A stretch of DNA of 64,000 nt, from positions 75,468 through 139,467 of IMG/VR virus record IMGVR_UViG_3300049460_000121. One strand, 5' to 3'. Source of the DNA: a virus (lineage: Duplodnaviria > Heunggongvirae > Uroviricota > Caudoviricetes). Of this stretch, positions 19,030 through 28,012 are shown piece after piece (position 1 is the first letter of the stretch; every line of letters starts with the position of its first letter). Under the pieces are notes generated by a model that did not search any database, was not told the origin of the DNA, and saw nothing but the letters and a program-made list of their open reading frames with translations. Made by a program: the position numbers and the translations under genes.

Positions 19030-20106
19030 ATGCACACGAGTTTTAACCGCACCAACGGATTCGATGACAGTCCGTTTCAGTACGCCCGAATGACCTATCT
19101 CCAAGGTCGGGTAGCTGAGAACCTCAAGAAGTACACGGATCTCAGGCAGCAGGTATCTGGCCGCTTGAATTCCTCACACCTCCTCATGAAGCTCCTGTCC
19201 ACCCTCACCACTGAATTCCGTGGGGACCTGCTGAGTTACATCGATCGCGTCACGTCTGATTGTGAACGAATCTGCGGGACCCTCGGGATTACTTCTGCTT
19301 ATAGTCGTGGTCGTGTTCACAAGGAAGGGCACTTCTACGACAACTGCCCGGAGATCATTACCTTTGTCCGGTCAGAGAACTGGAACTGGATGGACCTCTG
19401 GCGAGATTGGCGAGCAGTATCAGCCATCGAAGTGTTGGAACACCCGGTGACAGAACTGACCATCTACGAACTGGGCGTCATGAATGAGGCCAGAACTTCG
19501 AAGCGTGGACTTGCGGTGGTAAATATCGACATCCCACTTCTGGCGTGTCAGTGGCGGATGTGGAAAGCCGCTAATCCATTCGACAACAATGAAACCTTCA
19601 TCACCACCGTACTGCTACCAGGGATGATGAAGAGCCACCTCGATCAGGTGATGTTCAACAAGATGCTGGTCAAGTGCGGACTCCGTAAGGAATGCTCCGT
19701 CAAGACCAACCTCCTGTTCACTCAGACCCCTACTGACACCCATGCCGACGAAATCATTGAGGATGCCTACAACAAGACTCTGTCGCGCCGTATGACGGCC
19801 AACCAGATACTTGCCAGCATTCCAACTCTTTATAGTCGGGACGCGTTGGAAGCAGGTGCGTTCCCCAATGTAACGCCTACCCACCAAATCCTCTGGGCTA
19901 TACTGACCCAGAAAGAGTCCCGTGCGGCTTTGGCCATCTATTGGGCAGATAAGGTGGGTGAGGAGAAGATGCTGCCTACGATGATCAAGTTGCGCCGTAC
20001 GGTAATCCGTGCAGAGCAAGACAAGACGTTCAGCGCAGGGCAGACTTCTGACAACGCCGCTTGGTTAGAAGACCGGTTTGTCCGTTACGTCTCTTCGAAG
20101 CTGTAA
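19030..20106 (+). CDS. Conserved probable virion protein divergent from chimallin (phiKZ gp52-like by position)
   Basis: ATG 19030; late-type TATG at 18994; AVVNIDIPLLA..W motif. Confidence 0.65.
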   Translation: MHTSFNRTNGFDDSPFQYARMTYLQGRVAENLKKYTDLRQQVSGRLNSSHLLMKLLSTLTTEFRGDLLSYIDRVTSDCERICGTLGITSAYSRGRVHKEGHFYDNCPEIITFVRSENWNWMDLWRDWRAVSAIEVLEHPVTELTIYELGVMNEARTSKRGLAVVNIDIPLLACQWRMWKAANPFDNNETFITTVLLPGMMKSHLDQVMFNKMLVKCGLRKECSVKTNLLFTQTPTDTHADEIIEDAYNKTLSRRMTANQILASIPTLYSRDALEAGAFPNVTPTHQILWAILTQKESRAALAIYWADKVGEEKMLPTMIKLRRTVIRAEQDKTFSAGQTSDNAAWLEDRFVRYVSSKL

Positions 20107-20711
20107 TAGCCTGGCCAGAGTGTCCCGAACGATTCGCTGTAGTAGCGACCAAAACCGCCAATCTTCTTGGCGGGTTCCAGTAGCCTGGCAGGGACGCCCA
20201 TGGCTTCGATGATGCCGGTACGGAGTTTAGCGTAGAAGTCCAGATCTGGAGCGTACATGGCCTTCAGGTCAGGAAGCACGAACGCGCAAGTACCCAGTGG
20301 GTCAGGATCAGTTGGGTCTAGTTCGAAGGCCGGGGTGTGGATATCTTCCAGTTTCCAGATCTTGCCGCCACAATTGATGGCACAGGACTTAACGCCTGGG
20401 TCAATACCGATGACGATACCCACGTCACCGGAGTCTACAGTACTCTCGGAGATGAAACCCAGTTCGTGTAGGCCGTGCTGGTGACGTACCGGCTTTCGGG
20501 TTGCTTTACGGGATACGGCGATACCAGGCTCCATTACGACGTCCCAACCAGTCTCGCGATTGAAGCGCCTTGACTTATCGAGAGAACTGAACCCCAGGGA
20601 GGTCGGTTTACTTCTGGCGTAACTGACCGCTCTGAGGCCTTCGATCAGCAAGGCCATCATGTCTTTCGACTTCTCCGCCTCATCTTCGTTGTATCGGTAC
20701 ACTTCACTCAT
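20085..20711 (-). CDS. Hypothetical protein (208 aa)
   Basis: ORF coupled to the upstream gene; 3' end overlaps the convergent gene. Confidence 0.6.
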   Translation of the reverse strand: MSEVYRYNEDEAEKSKDMMALLIEGLRAVSYARSKPTSLGFSSLDKSRRFNRETGWDVVMEPGIAVSRKATRKPVRHQHGLHELGFISESTVDSGDVGIVIGIDPGVKSCAINCGGKIWKLEDIHTPAFELDPTDPDPLGTCAFVLPDLKAMYAPDLDFYAKLRTGIIEAMGVPARLLEPAKKIGGFGRYYSESFGTLWPGYYSFEET

Positions 20712-21498
20712 CCGGATTCACCGTGTAGACATGTGTCAAATACGGGGAGGGGAAACTCTCCCCTTTATGCCGCACCTCTTTCATCGCTTCGTCCAGAGAC
20801 TTGGTTACCCCAGTATTGGCGTCGGTGACCGTAGCCCCTACAGACTCCCAATTCACCGGGAGTAACTCCTCGATCGGGATACCGCACTGGTGCTCAGGGA
20901 ATGAAGTCGCTCCCCGTCCACGGTACTGCGCCAATGGCCGATCCTTCATCCGCACCCCATGCTTCGCGATATCCAGGAACGACGGGAATTCAGGTACGGG
21001 ATGGTTGATGCCAAACGACAGCGGGTCCGGATTAGATTCCCAGGTACCAAGGAAATCCTTTACCGGGTTTTCCCTGGCTTCCTCGATCTTCTTTTTGATC
21101 CAATCGTTGTCGTAGAAGTAACAGTAGTATTTGGCGCCGCCGTACTCTCGCACTTCTCGACGGAAGTACTTACGCTGGTCCGGCTGGGGTTCAGACTGCG
21201 GCAACACCACCATTGGGATCCGCTCAGCGGCACTACGCCTGGCAAAGGCACCCGGTGTACACTCGCACGGGATAACCTTCTTACGCAGACCCTCAACGAC
21301 CTTGTAGTCCTTCACGACGCAGAAGGATTCGAGCTCACCCAACTCCCTGAGCTCAGCAGCACCACAACGACACTTGAAGAAATCGGAAGAAATCTTCTGA
21401 TTCAGGCCAACCAGGTAGCGACCCGCTGGGGTCGCCTCCAGTTTGCTCAGTGCCAGCATGTAGTCCGTATAACTCTTATCGTCATCCATTCCACTCAT
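20704..21498 (-). CDS. Hypothetical protein (264 aa), Cys pairs CRC/CEC
   Basis: ATGA overlap with the DNA polymerase stop. Confidence 0.65.
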   Translation of the reverse strand: MSGMDDDKSYTDYMLALSKLEATPAGRYLVGLNQKISSDFFKCRCGAAELRELGELESFCVVKDYKVVEGLRKKVIPCECTPGAFARRSAAERIPMVVLPQSEPQPDQRKYFRREVREYGGAKYYCYFYDNDWIKKKIEEARENPVKDFLGTWESNPDPLSFGINHPVPEFPSFLDIAKHGVRMKDRPLAQYRGRGATSFPEHQCGIPIEELLPVNWESVGATVTDANTGVTKSLDEAMKEVRHKGESFPSPYLTHVYTVNPDE

Positions 21499-23615
21499 GG
21501 TTCAAGCCCCAAGAAGTCGTACACCAGACGGAGGTTGTTGCGATCCACAATGAACAGGCCCATGGATTCCAGGATCCGGTAGAAACCGGAGTTGATCTGG
21601 TAGGCGAGTTTACGGATGTTGGCCGCTTGCTGGATCTCAACAGGTAGACCGCACTGACGAATCGCCTGAGTAGGCAACAGGATAGTGCTCAGGTCCTTAC
21701 GGTTGTACTTGGTACACCACAGCGCCATGCGCTCAGCGAACTCACGATCTTCCAAGTCTGCCAGCCATGCCTTGAGGGCCGTCTGGTTTTGAAGGTCGAG
21801 GGACAGCTTAACGCAAGCATACGGAGGCTCAGTCATCTTGCCGTACTTCGGACCGAACACATCCTGCCACAGTTCATGGTAAGGCATCTTCTTGCTGTCG
21901 GGTTTGATGTTGTCCGACTTCAAGAAGGTGTACTCACCGCGCAGGATAGACCGCACGCATTCCAACTCTGAGTTGGCCACCAGCTTCAATACTTCACCGG
22001 CGTTGAGCTTTCTGCCTTCGTTCACCGCATGGAGGGTGTCATGCATCAAGTCGGCAGTGGCTTTCAGGATGTGCTTCTGCGAAGTCGAACCACGCAGCTC
22101 CACGCCCTTGGTTTCCATCTCCAGCTCTTTATAGACGTTACCTTCACGCATGGACATGGTCGAGTAGTAGTGCTTCGCCAGATTCGTCAAAGCGAACTGA
22201 GGGAAGGCGAACTCGTTCTTCATCGCCAGACGGAAGGTCTGAGACTTCTCCACGCCAATGTTGGTGGACAGCTTGGCCAACGAGTGGGCAATGCACTGGC
22301 AGACCATGTAAGTGGCCAGGTACCAGATACGATCCTGTTCCTCACCACGGCGCAGGTTACCCGAGTACCATTCAACCCAACCTTCACAGGTAAAGATGGA
22401 GGAGTCGGTATCCGCCGCCAAACATACCCGGCGCTGAATGGATTTCAACGAGGCCACAGTTGGTGGGAGGTGGGAGGTAGCAAAGAACATGGTGATGAAG
22501 TCAGCGTAGTGATTCAGACCTTGCTGGACTTTCCACGCCACCTTACCGATCGTTTGCCAACCCGCTGGGTCGTTTGCCTTTACTCGGGCATACGTAGAAC
22601 CACGCAGGACGGTCGCACACAGGGCGTTCACGTACGCCAGGTCAGTCGGGTCCATGTCTTTGATTACGTCGTCTGTAACAACGTCTGGGACGTCGCTGAT
22701 GTCGATCGCGATAAGGGTGGTCAACATGTCACGAATGACTTTGTCGTTGTACTGGGCCAAGTGGAACATGTCGCCGGAGTAGCAGAAGATTGCCCGTTCC
22801 AGTTCAGTCATGCCTTCTACGGCCGAACGGATGATGGCGTCTTCGGTGGTGTCGCTCCAGTACAGGTCAGTCGACCGGGAGATCATCTTGCAGACCTGAT
22901 CCACGGTTGGGTAGACGATCCCGTACTTCTCGATAATGTCAGCGAACTGAGCCCGACGCTCGATGGTGCACACTGCTACGATGTTCGCCTTGGCGATCTC
23001 TGGCGAGTGGTAGTGACGGGAACCAGCCAGGAAGCGTTCTACCGTAGCGTTACCGTAACCTGCCGCTGCGCGGCACAGGGATGTCAGGCTGGAGTGACCA
23101 GTGGCGATGAACAGAGGGTTACCCTCAAAGCCACGCATACCGGACACGGAGTTGATACGGATCTTACGGGCGTTCTGGTCATAGTCGGCCAGTTGGCTGC
23201 CCAGGATGTCGCCTTCTTGCTTCAAGACGAACATGCGCTTCTTGGAACGCTTACGAGCGGCGATGTTGTCGTCCTGCCATTCGGCGGTTACGGACTTCTC
23301 AACTTCCGGACGCTCGTAGATCACCATGGACGGGGACAGAATCCGGTTGGTGTCGATGACTTCGTTTACATAGCCCAGAAAGGTGGTCTCTTCCGCTTCA
23401 CGGTGACCCGGCCCTTTACGTACCAGTTGGAGCATCTGTGGATCTTGAAATTCAAACTTACCGCCGCGGCGGGTCTCTTTCTTAACGTATTCGAGACACT
23501 CGGCCAAAGGCTTCTTTAATTGCAAGGAGATGTACTTGGCGGTTTGCTCGATGTAGCCCTGACGAATATCCAGGTTACGGTTATAATCGTCGAGGGGAAG
23601 AAGAAATGGGTTCAT
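21495..23615 (-). CDS. Family B DNA polymerase, polymerase-domain subunit of a split enzyme (phiKZ gp50-like)
   Basis: QNARKIRINSVSG (KxxxNS motif B), AADTDS (motif C), KHY, KGVEL; no exonuclease motifs seen. Confidence 0.88.
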   Translation of the reverse strand: MNPFLLPLDDYNRNLDIRQGYIEQTAKYISLQLKKPLAECLEYVKKETRRGGKFEFQDPQMLQLVRKGPGHREAEETTFLGYVNEVIDTNRILSPSMVIYERPEVEKSVTAEWQDDNIAARKRSKKRMFVLKQEGDILGSQLADYDQNARKIRINSVSGMRGFEGNPLFIATGHSSLTSLCRAAAGYGNATVERFLAGSRHYHSPEIAKANIVAVCTIERRAQFADIIEKYGIVYPTVDQVCKMISRSTDLYWSDTTEDAIIRSAVEGMTELERAIFCYSGDMFHLAQYNDKVIRDMLTTLIAIDISDVPDVVTDDVIKDMDPTDLAYVNALCATVLRGSTYARVKANDPAGWQTIGKVAWKVQQGLNHYADFITMFFATSHLPPTVASLKSIQRRVCLAADTDSSIFTCEGWVEWYSGNLRRGEEQDRIWYLATYMVCQCIAHSLAKLSTNIGVEKSQTFRLAMKNEFAFPQFALTNLAKHYYSTMSMREGNVYKELEMETKGVELRGSTSQKHILKATADLMHDTLHAVNEGRKLNAGEVLKLVANSELECVRSILRGEYTFLKSDNIKPDSKKMPYHELWQDVFGPKYGKMTEPPYACVKLSLDLQNQTALKAWLADLEDREFAERMALWCTKYNRKDLSTILLPTQAIRQCGLPVEIQQAANIRKLAYQINSGFYRILESMGLFIVDRNNLRLVYDFLGLEP

Positions 23616-23662
23616 CTATTGCTCCAGGGTACATTGCTCTACATTACGTAAGTACGCCCAGT

Positions 23663-23712
23663 AAAAAAAGAAAGAGCATAAACCCACCCGCGGTTAGGCG
23701 GGTGGGCTATAT
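23663..23712 (-). terminator. Intrinsic terminator
   Basis: CCCACCCGC-GGTTAG-GCGGGTGGG hairpin followed on the minus strand by TTTATGC and a U-tract. Confidence 0.8.
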
Positions 23713-23713
23713 G

Positions 23714-24106
23714 TCACAATGTCTCGATCGTGAAGTCTTCGATACCGTGCGCAATCATCATCGATCGCAGGGACGCCAGGGTGTTGTCGTCCGAGTTGCG
23801 GAGGGTGATGAGACGCACTGGATTCGCGTTCTCCGTGATGGAGGCAGGTTTTACCCACGGGATACCCATGTACAGGGTCTCGTTGTTAGCATTGATCAGC
23901 TTGGCGTAGCTGTAGCCCGTGTAGGAGTCCGGAACACCTGGTGGGAGGTACGGATAGTTCTGCATGTGTTTCGCGGCAGCATCGAAGCCCAGGGCGACTA
24001 CAGTCCCAGCGTCGAGGATACCGACAAAGCGGAGGTTCTTGTGACGAACACCTTCGTAAGTGTCGAAGGTTAACGTCTTATTGAGTGCATCGGAATTCAA
24101 CTGCAT
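23714..24106 (-). CDS. Conserved SH3-like beta protein (phiKZ gp49-like by position)
   Basis: 130 aa; H..YPYLP.G.PD..Y.Y..GIPW pattern. Confidence 0.65.
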   Translation of the reverse strand: MQLNSDALNKTLTFDTYEGVRHKNLRFVGILDAGTVVALGFDAAAKHMQNYPYLPPGVPDSYTGYSYAKLINANNETLYMGIPWVKPASITENANPVRLITLRNSDDNTLASLRSMMIAHGIEDFTIETL

Positions 24107-24437
24107 TGAAAGGTGTCTCCATTAACAGGGCGCTGAAGTAGCCGTGTTCGACCATCTCGAGTTTACTCACCAGTCCTACGGACAGGAATTCGAGCAGCTC
24201 GTCATGATCGATGTTGTCCCAGAGGGGATCCAGGTCAATACCCAGGCTGTCAAGGTAACCTTCACCTTGGACCAAAGATTCCAGGACAAAGTCCCAGCAC
24301 TCCTTGAACGCTACTGACTTCTGGGAGAGTCTCCGCGGAACCTCCCCAAGAACAGGGTCATTCCGCACGCAGTCCCAGACCAGCGTGGTTAACATCGATC
24401 CTAGTTTTGGGGAATGTCCCAGTATGTAGTAGCTCAT
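24078..24437 (-). CDS. Hypothetical protein, small-gene array
   Basis: 119 aa, overlapping operon member. Confidence 0.6.
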   Translation of the reverse strand: MSYYILGHSPKLGSMLTTLVWDCVRNDPVLGEVPRRLSQKSVAFKECWDFVLESLVQGEGYLDSLGIDLDPLWDNIDHDELLEFLSVGLVSKLEMVEHGYFSALLMETPFNAVEFRCTQ

Positions 24438-24458
24438 GATTATTGGTCCAGGGATACG

Positions 24459-24836
24459 TCAGATACAGGCCACCAGTACTCTGGCATGAATTTGACGTGA
24501 ATCGGAAATGGTTAATCGCACAAGATGGACGGCAGCAGCGCTTAGCCCGACATTCCTGAAGATACTCTCGAGCGCAGGGTAGTACTCATCCAATAAGTAG
24601 TCAGCTGCGATCTCGGCAGCGCCGATTGATTTGAAAACCTCATCACTCCGCAGTTCCCGAGCGAGTTTCTCGCGGTTAGCACCATTGGACATCCGCCGTC
24701 CCCAGACGGCTTGTTTCTGGATGATGAGGTCGGGACGATAGTTCAACTCGTCTAACCTGCCATCTAGATACCGAATGAGTGCTCGGGTCGGCTGAGTGAC
24801 ATCGACTATCTGAAAGTCAACATCACCAGTGGCCAA
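24459..24836 (-). CDS. Hypothetical protein, small-gene array
   Basis: Probable TTG start at 24836 after GAGGTGG. Confidence 0.6.
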   Translation of the reverse strand: MATGDVDFQIVDVTQPTRALIRYLDGRLDELNYRPDLIIQKQAVWGRRMSNGANREKLARELRSDEVFKSIGAAEIAADYLLDEYYPALESIFRNVGLSAAAVHLVRLTISDSRQIHARVLVACI

Positions 24837-25206
24837 TTTTCCACCTCGTATCAATGGACAGTAAAAGGAATGGCCCCGCTCTCTTGAACTTGGCCGCCTG
24901 GAGTGTGTAAATCGAGCCAAGTGAGTAGACGCCATATAAATGATCGGCTAGGACGCGGTACAGCTTCTGGGCTTGGGAGTAGGGTCCGATCTGGCAGTGC
25001 AGTTTCTCCCGAGGGATGTACGGCAAGAACAGACCCAACTCATAGCCCTTCTCGGCTGCCTTATCGCCCATTTGCTCCACATCTTCATGGACCAGGTCCG
25101 CCAACTGCTTCAGCGTGCGCTGAATGTCCTGAAGGGACACGAAGTCCCTGAGCAGGAGGTCGTGGATCAGGACAAGCTCACGGGTGGTTCTTGTTAGCTC
25201 TGTCAT
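24823..25206 (-). CDS. Hypothetical protein, small-gene array
   Basis: 127 aa, overlaps both neighbours. Confidence 0.6.
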   Translation of the reverse strand: MTELTRTTRELVLIHDLLLRDFVSLQDIQRTLKQLADLVHEDVEQMGDKAAEKGYELGLFLPYIPREKLHCQIGPYSQAQKLYRVLADHLYGVYSLGSIYTLQAAKFKRAGPFLLLSIDTRWKIGHW

Positions 25207-25516
25207 TCCAGGCGATCTCCACGAACGCTGACCGGTGGACTACCTCAACGTCGACATTCGACAGAGGATGCGTCACGTTCAAGACTGAGCTGAAGATCTT
25301 GGTGTTGTACAGGATCGTCAGTAGTCGGTTGATGTACAACTCCACATCGTGCAGTGTCACCTGATGTTCCCGGCTGATACTCCCCAATACCTCACGGTCG
25401 AGACCCATGTTGGCTTCTGCCGTCATGGTTATTACTTCACGGACGATTCGCTCAGCTGCGTCTTTATCCATGACTGGGAAATCGGGCAGCTCGAGCACAT
25501 AACGTTCTACTTGCAT
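25178..25516 (-). CDS. Hypothetical protein, small-gene array
   Basis: 112 aa, SD GAGGT. Confidence 0.65.
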   Translation of the reverse strand: MQVERYVLELPDFPVMDKDAAERIVREVITMTAEANMGLDREVLGSISREHQVTLHDVELYINRLLTILYNTKIFSSVLNVTHPLSNVDVEVVHRSAFVEIAWNDRANKNHP

Positions 25517-25523
25517 GCTTACC

Positions 25524-25928
25524 TCAGCTTATAAGGAAATGTCTCCCTGACCGACTGGACTTGACGTGGAGCAAACCCTCCTCGCAATAGCCGCAATCGC
25601 GTGGAAGTACATCGTGGATCATGTTCTTGAGATCTTCGTCGTGGATATACCGACGCTTGAACACATAGAACGTTGCATGAAAGTCGGACCAGAACCTGGC
25701 ATAACCTTCATGGTGGGGGTCTTTGTAACACACGCTCAATCGCTCGAAGGCGCGCATCACCTCGTCTTCAGGTGCCACCAGGCCAAACAGCATAATGGAC
25801 AACAGAAGACAAGGCAGTTCGCCATAGTTCGGGTAATCGCCCTGTTCCTCCAGAGCAGCGAGCGCTCCGGCAAGATCAGGTTCCAACGTCAGGACGAATC
25901 CTGGATATAGGTCTACGCTAGGTGGCAT
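25524..25928 (-). CDS. Hypothetical protein, small-gene array
   Basis: ATG 25928 after GAGGA (MPPSVDLYPG...). Confidence 0.6.
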   Translation of the reverse strand: MPPSVDLYPGFVLTLEPDLAGALAALEEQGDYPNYGELPCLLLSIMLFGLVAPEDEVMRAFERLSVCYKDPHHEGYARFWSDFHATFYVFKRRYIHDEDLKNMIHDVLPRDCGYCEEGLLHVKSSRSGRHFLIS

Positions 25929-26412
25929 CGACGAATTCCTCGTAAGTAAACTCGAGGAGTACCGACCGGTTTTTGATTTCGACATTATTCACCCTCATTG
26001 GGGCAAACTTCTTCACCACGTCGAAGACGCCTAGAAAGCGCTTCTCAAAGATGGAGAACCAAACATCTACCGCCATGGTCGCTCTCCCTATATCTTCGGG
26101 CGGAATAAACTCATCCGTCAGACGTTCTAGGAAGAACTCATCATCGTAGTAAACGTAGTGGATAAATGCCTTGAGGATAACATCGGCCTCAGCGCACAAA
26201 TCCATCTCGAGCGATTCAAACTCCAGGTCCTCCAGGTTAACGATGGCGTGGCGATACTCGGCTTGGCCTTGATACGGTGGAACGATGGTCCAGCTCTCGT
26301 TGGAACTGCTCCAGTGCCTTCTCGACCTCAGGGTGGATGAGTTCTCCCGCTTGCCGTCTGTGTCGGATAAATCGACTGAACGTTTGCGGCTCCTCCTTAG
26401 GTACTGTTTCAT
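25918..26412 (-). CDS. Hypothetical protein, small-gene array (start uncertain)
   Basis: Globular C-terminal ~110 aa; nearest upstream ATG at 26412 lies deep within the preceding gene. Confidence 0.5.
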   Translation of the reverse strand: MKQYLRRSRKRSVDLSDTDGKRENSSTLRSRRHWSSSNESWTIVPPYQGQAEYRHAIVNLEDLEFESLEMDLCAEADVILKAFIHYVYYDDEFFLERLTDEFIPPEDIGRATMAVDVWFSIFEKRFLGVFDVVKKFAPMRVNNVEIKNRSVLLEFTYEEFVDAT

Positions 26413-26779
26413 GATACTCGACTTCCAATAACGGCTTGTCGTAGATGAACTTCGCATCTACTACGGTGAAGCGCCGCATGTCACTCAGGGTCTTGTCTTT
26501 ATAAACAAAGTCCTCAAACTCAATCAGGACGTTGATCATATCCCTGCGGTCGACACGGTGGGGCCGTAGGTCTTCCAGGATGTCCAAGATGGTACTCCCC
26601 TCTCCGCTAAAACAACGGATAAAGGTTTCAATCAGGATGTCCTCGGTCGCCTTTTGGATCTTGAACAGGTCCATGTTAGACTTATTCAAGACATGCCGGA
26701 GTTGGTCGATAAAGTCACTACAGCCTATGCGGCAGTATCGAACCACTCTAGTTTGCTCTGATGCCGTACTCGTGTCCAT
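26237..26779 (-). CDS. Hypothetical protein, small-gene array
   Basis: ATG 26779 (MDTSTASE...). Confidence 0.6.
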   Translation of the reverse strand: MDTSTASEQTRVVRYCRIGCSDFIDQLRHVLNKSNMDLFKIQKATEDILIETFIRCFSGEGSTILDILEDLRPHRVDRRDMINVLIEFEDFVYKDKTLSDMRRFTVVDAKFIYDKPLLEVEYHETVPKEEPQTFSRFIRHRRQAGELIHPEVEKALEQFQRELDHRSTVSRPSRVSPRHR

Positions 26780-27281
26780 GGTCTCTCGTCCACTCTTCGA
26801 TCCGATAATCCTCACCCACTTCCACGCAGATACTGTTTCGTATCCGGCTGATGTGAACGATCCTCCAAGTAGGCAGGTCAATGTGGTCCAGGATGAAAAC
26901 AGACAACTTATCGGACATATCGGTCAGTATCTCGTTAACCTTCGGGATCTTCTCCAACAGGTAATGGAACTCGTTGATCAGGTCGTTGGTTCTTGCATGC
27001 TGGACCTGATACCGCTGGACCCGCTTTCTTTTGGACCCATACCGCTCATAACCCATCAGGTCACGGACTTCCGAGGAGGCACGCTTTGGACGTGCCCAGA
27101 GAAGTTGCTCAGTGATAAAGTCATCGACCATTTTGTAGATTAGGTCGGATGCATCGTTTTGCAGCTGGCGGCTCCCTTTCTCCTCGTACCGTAAGGCACG
27201 CTGATAGATTTGATTGGCAAATTCGCTAATGTCTAGGACGAATGAGCCTGTAGCATGTTCTAACGTCACGGAAATCTCCAA
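26748..27281 (-). CDS. Hypothetical protein, small-gene array
   Basis: TTG start; PTWRIV..GEDYRI motif. Confidence 0.6.
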   Translation of the reverse strand: MEISVTLEHATGSFVLDISEFANQIYQRALRYEEKGSRQLQNDASDLIYKMVDDFITEQLLWARPKRASSEVRDLMGYERYGSKRKRVQRYQVQHARTNDLINEFHYLLEKIPKVNEILTDMSDKLSVFILDHIDLPTWRIVHISRIRNSICVEVGEDYRIEEWTRDHGHEYGIRAN

Positions 27282-27576
27282 TGATCAAGGTATTTCTGTT
27301 GACCAAAAACCAGAGTTCTTCATCGCAAAGTCGCTCTCCAACGCTACGGGGTAGATACGTAATTGCGTCCAATCCAAACCGACGCACTGCCGCATCCAAC
27401 TTTCGAACATCGTGACTGACTGATTGACCCTTTTGCGGAGTCATCGGAGAACAAGGAATGCCGTAAGAGTGGGTGTACTCTTTGACCAACCAATCCTCGA
27501 TAACTCCAGCATGAATTTCGCGTTCGGGATCAATCAACCTGACGAGTTCGGATATGTCAGTGATGATGTAAGCCAT
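27226..27576 (-). CDS. Hypothetical protein, first gene of the small-gene array
   Basis: ATG 27576 after AAAGGGGG. Confidence 0.6.
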   Translation of the reverse strand: MAYIITDISELVRLIDPEREIHAGVIEDWLVKEYTHSYGIPCSPMTPQKGQSVSHDVRKLDAAVRRFGLDAITYLPRSVGERLCDEELWFLVNRNTLIIGDFRDVRTCYRLIRPRH

Positions 27577-27596
27577 AGATCCCCCTTTATACATCA

Positions 27597-27623
27597 GATA
27601 AGTAGATTCTGTAACTAATTACA
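27597..27623 (-). promoter_or_regulatory. Promoter of the small-gene array
   Basis: GATAAGTAGATTCTGTAACTAATTACA: early-core variant plus dyad element. Confidence 0.55.
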
Positions 27624-27720
27624 CGGGAAGGTGTCTGAGAGCCTCGCTGTGCAACGTTCGTTACAATTGGCTAGCGTGGTATAGGTTTGAGCCTGAACGC
27701 CAGCCAGTGGGGGAATCTGC

Positions 27721-27942
27721 TTACGAGAAGGAGGGATCGCCGAGGTCCTCGAAGGATGGGTCATCCTTGTTCAGCAACCCGCGGTGTTTCAGAGGATCGT
27801 AGGTCTCCTGAGGGAAAGCGCCGTGCCACGATTGACCGCGGCAGCAGGCGCACTTGAAACCGTCACCGTTGGACGGAGTCAGTTGAAGGGAGTCGATGGT
27901 GTTGCAGCACACGCAAACAAACATGGATCCGCCGTAAGACAT
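27721..27942 (-). CDS. Small zinc-finger protein (73 aa)
   Basis: SD AAGGA; CVCC...CACC..WH. Confidence 0.7.
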   Translation of the reverse strand: MSYGGSMFVCVCCNTIDSLQLTPSNGDGFKCACCRGQSWHGAFPQETYDPLKHRGLLNKDDPSFEDLGDPSFS

Positions 27943-28012
27943 GACGTATTCCTTTATAATGAAGTTAAGGGCACAAAGGTACCTGGGGTTACCAGGTACC
28001 GGTGCGTTTAGA

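Noticed and set aside
20370-20430. IGIDPG motif suggesting a RuvC resolvase
   Set aside because: Motif is mid-protein and the other RuvC catalytic motifs are not visible
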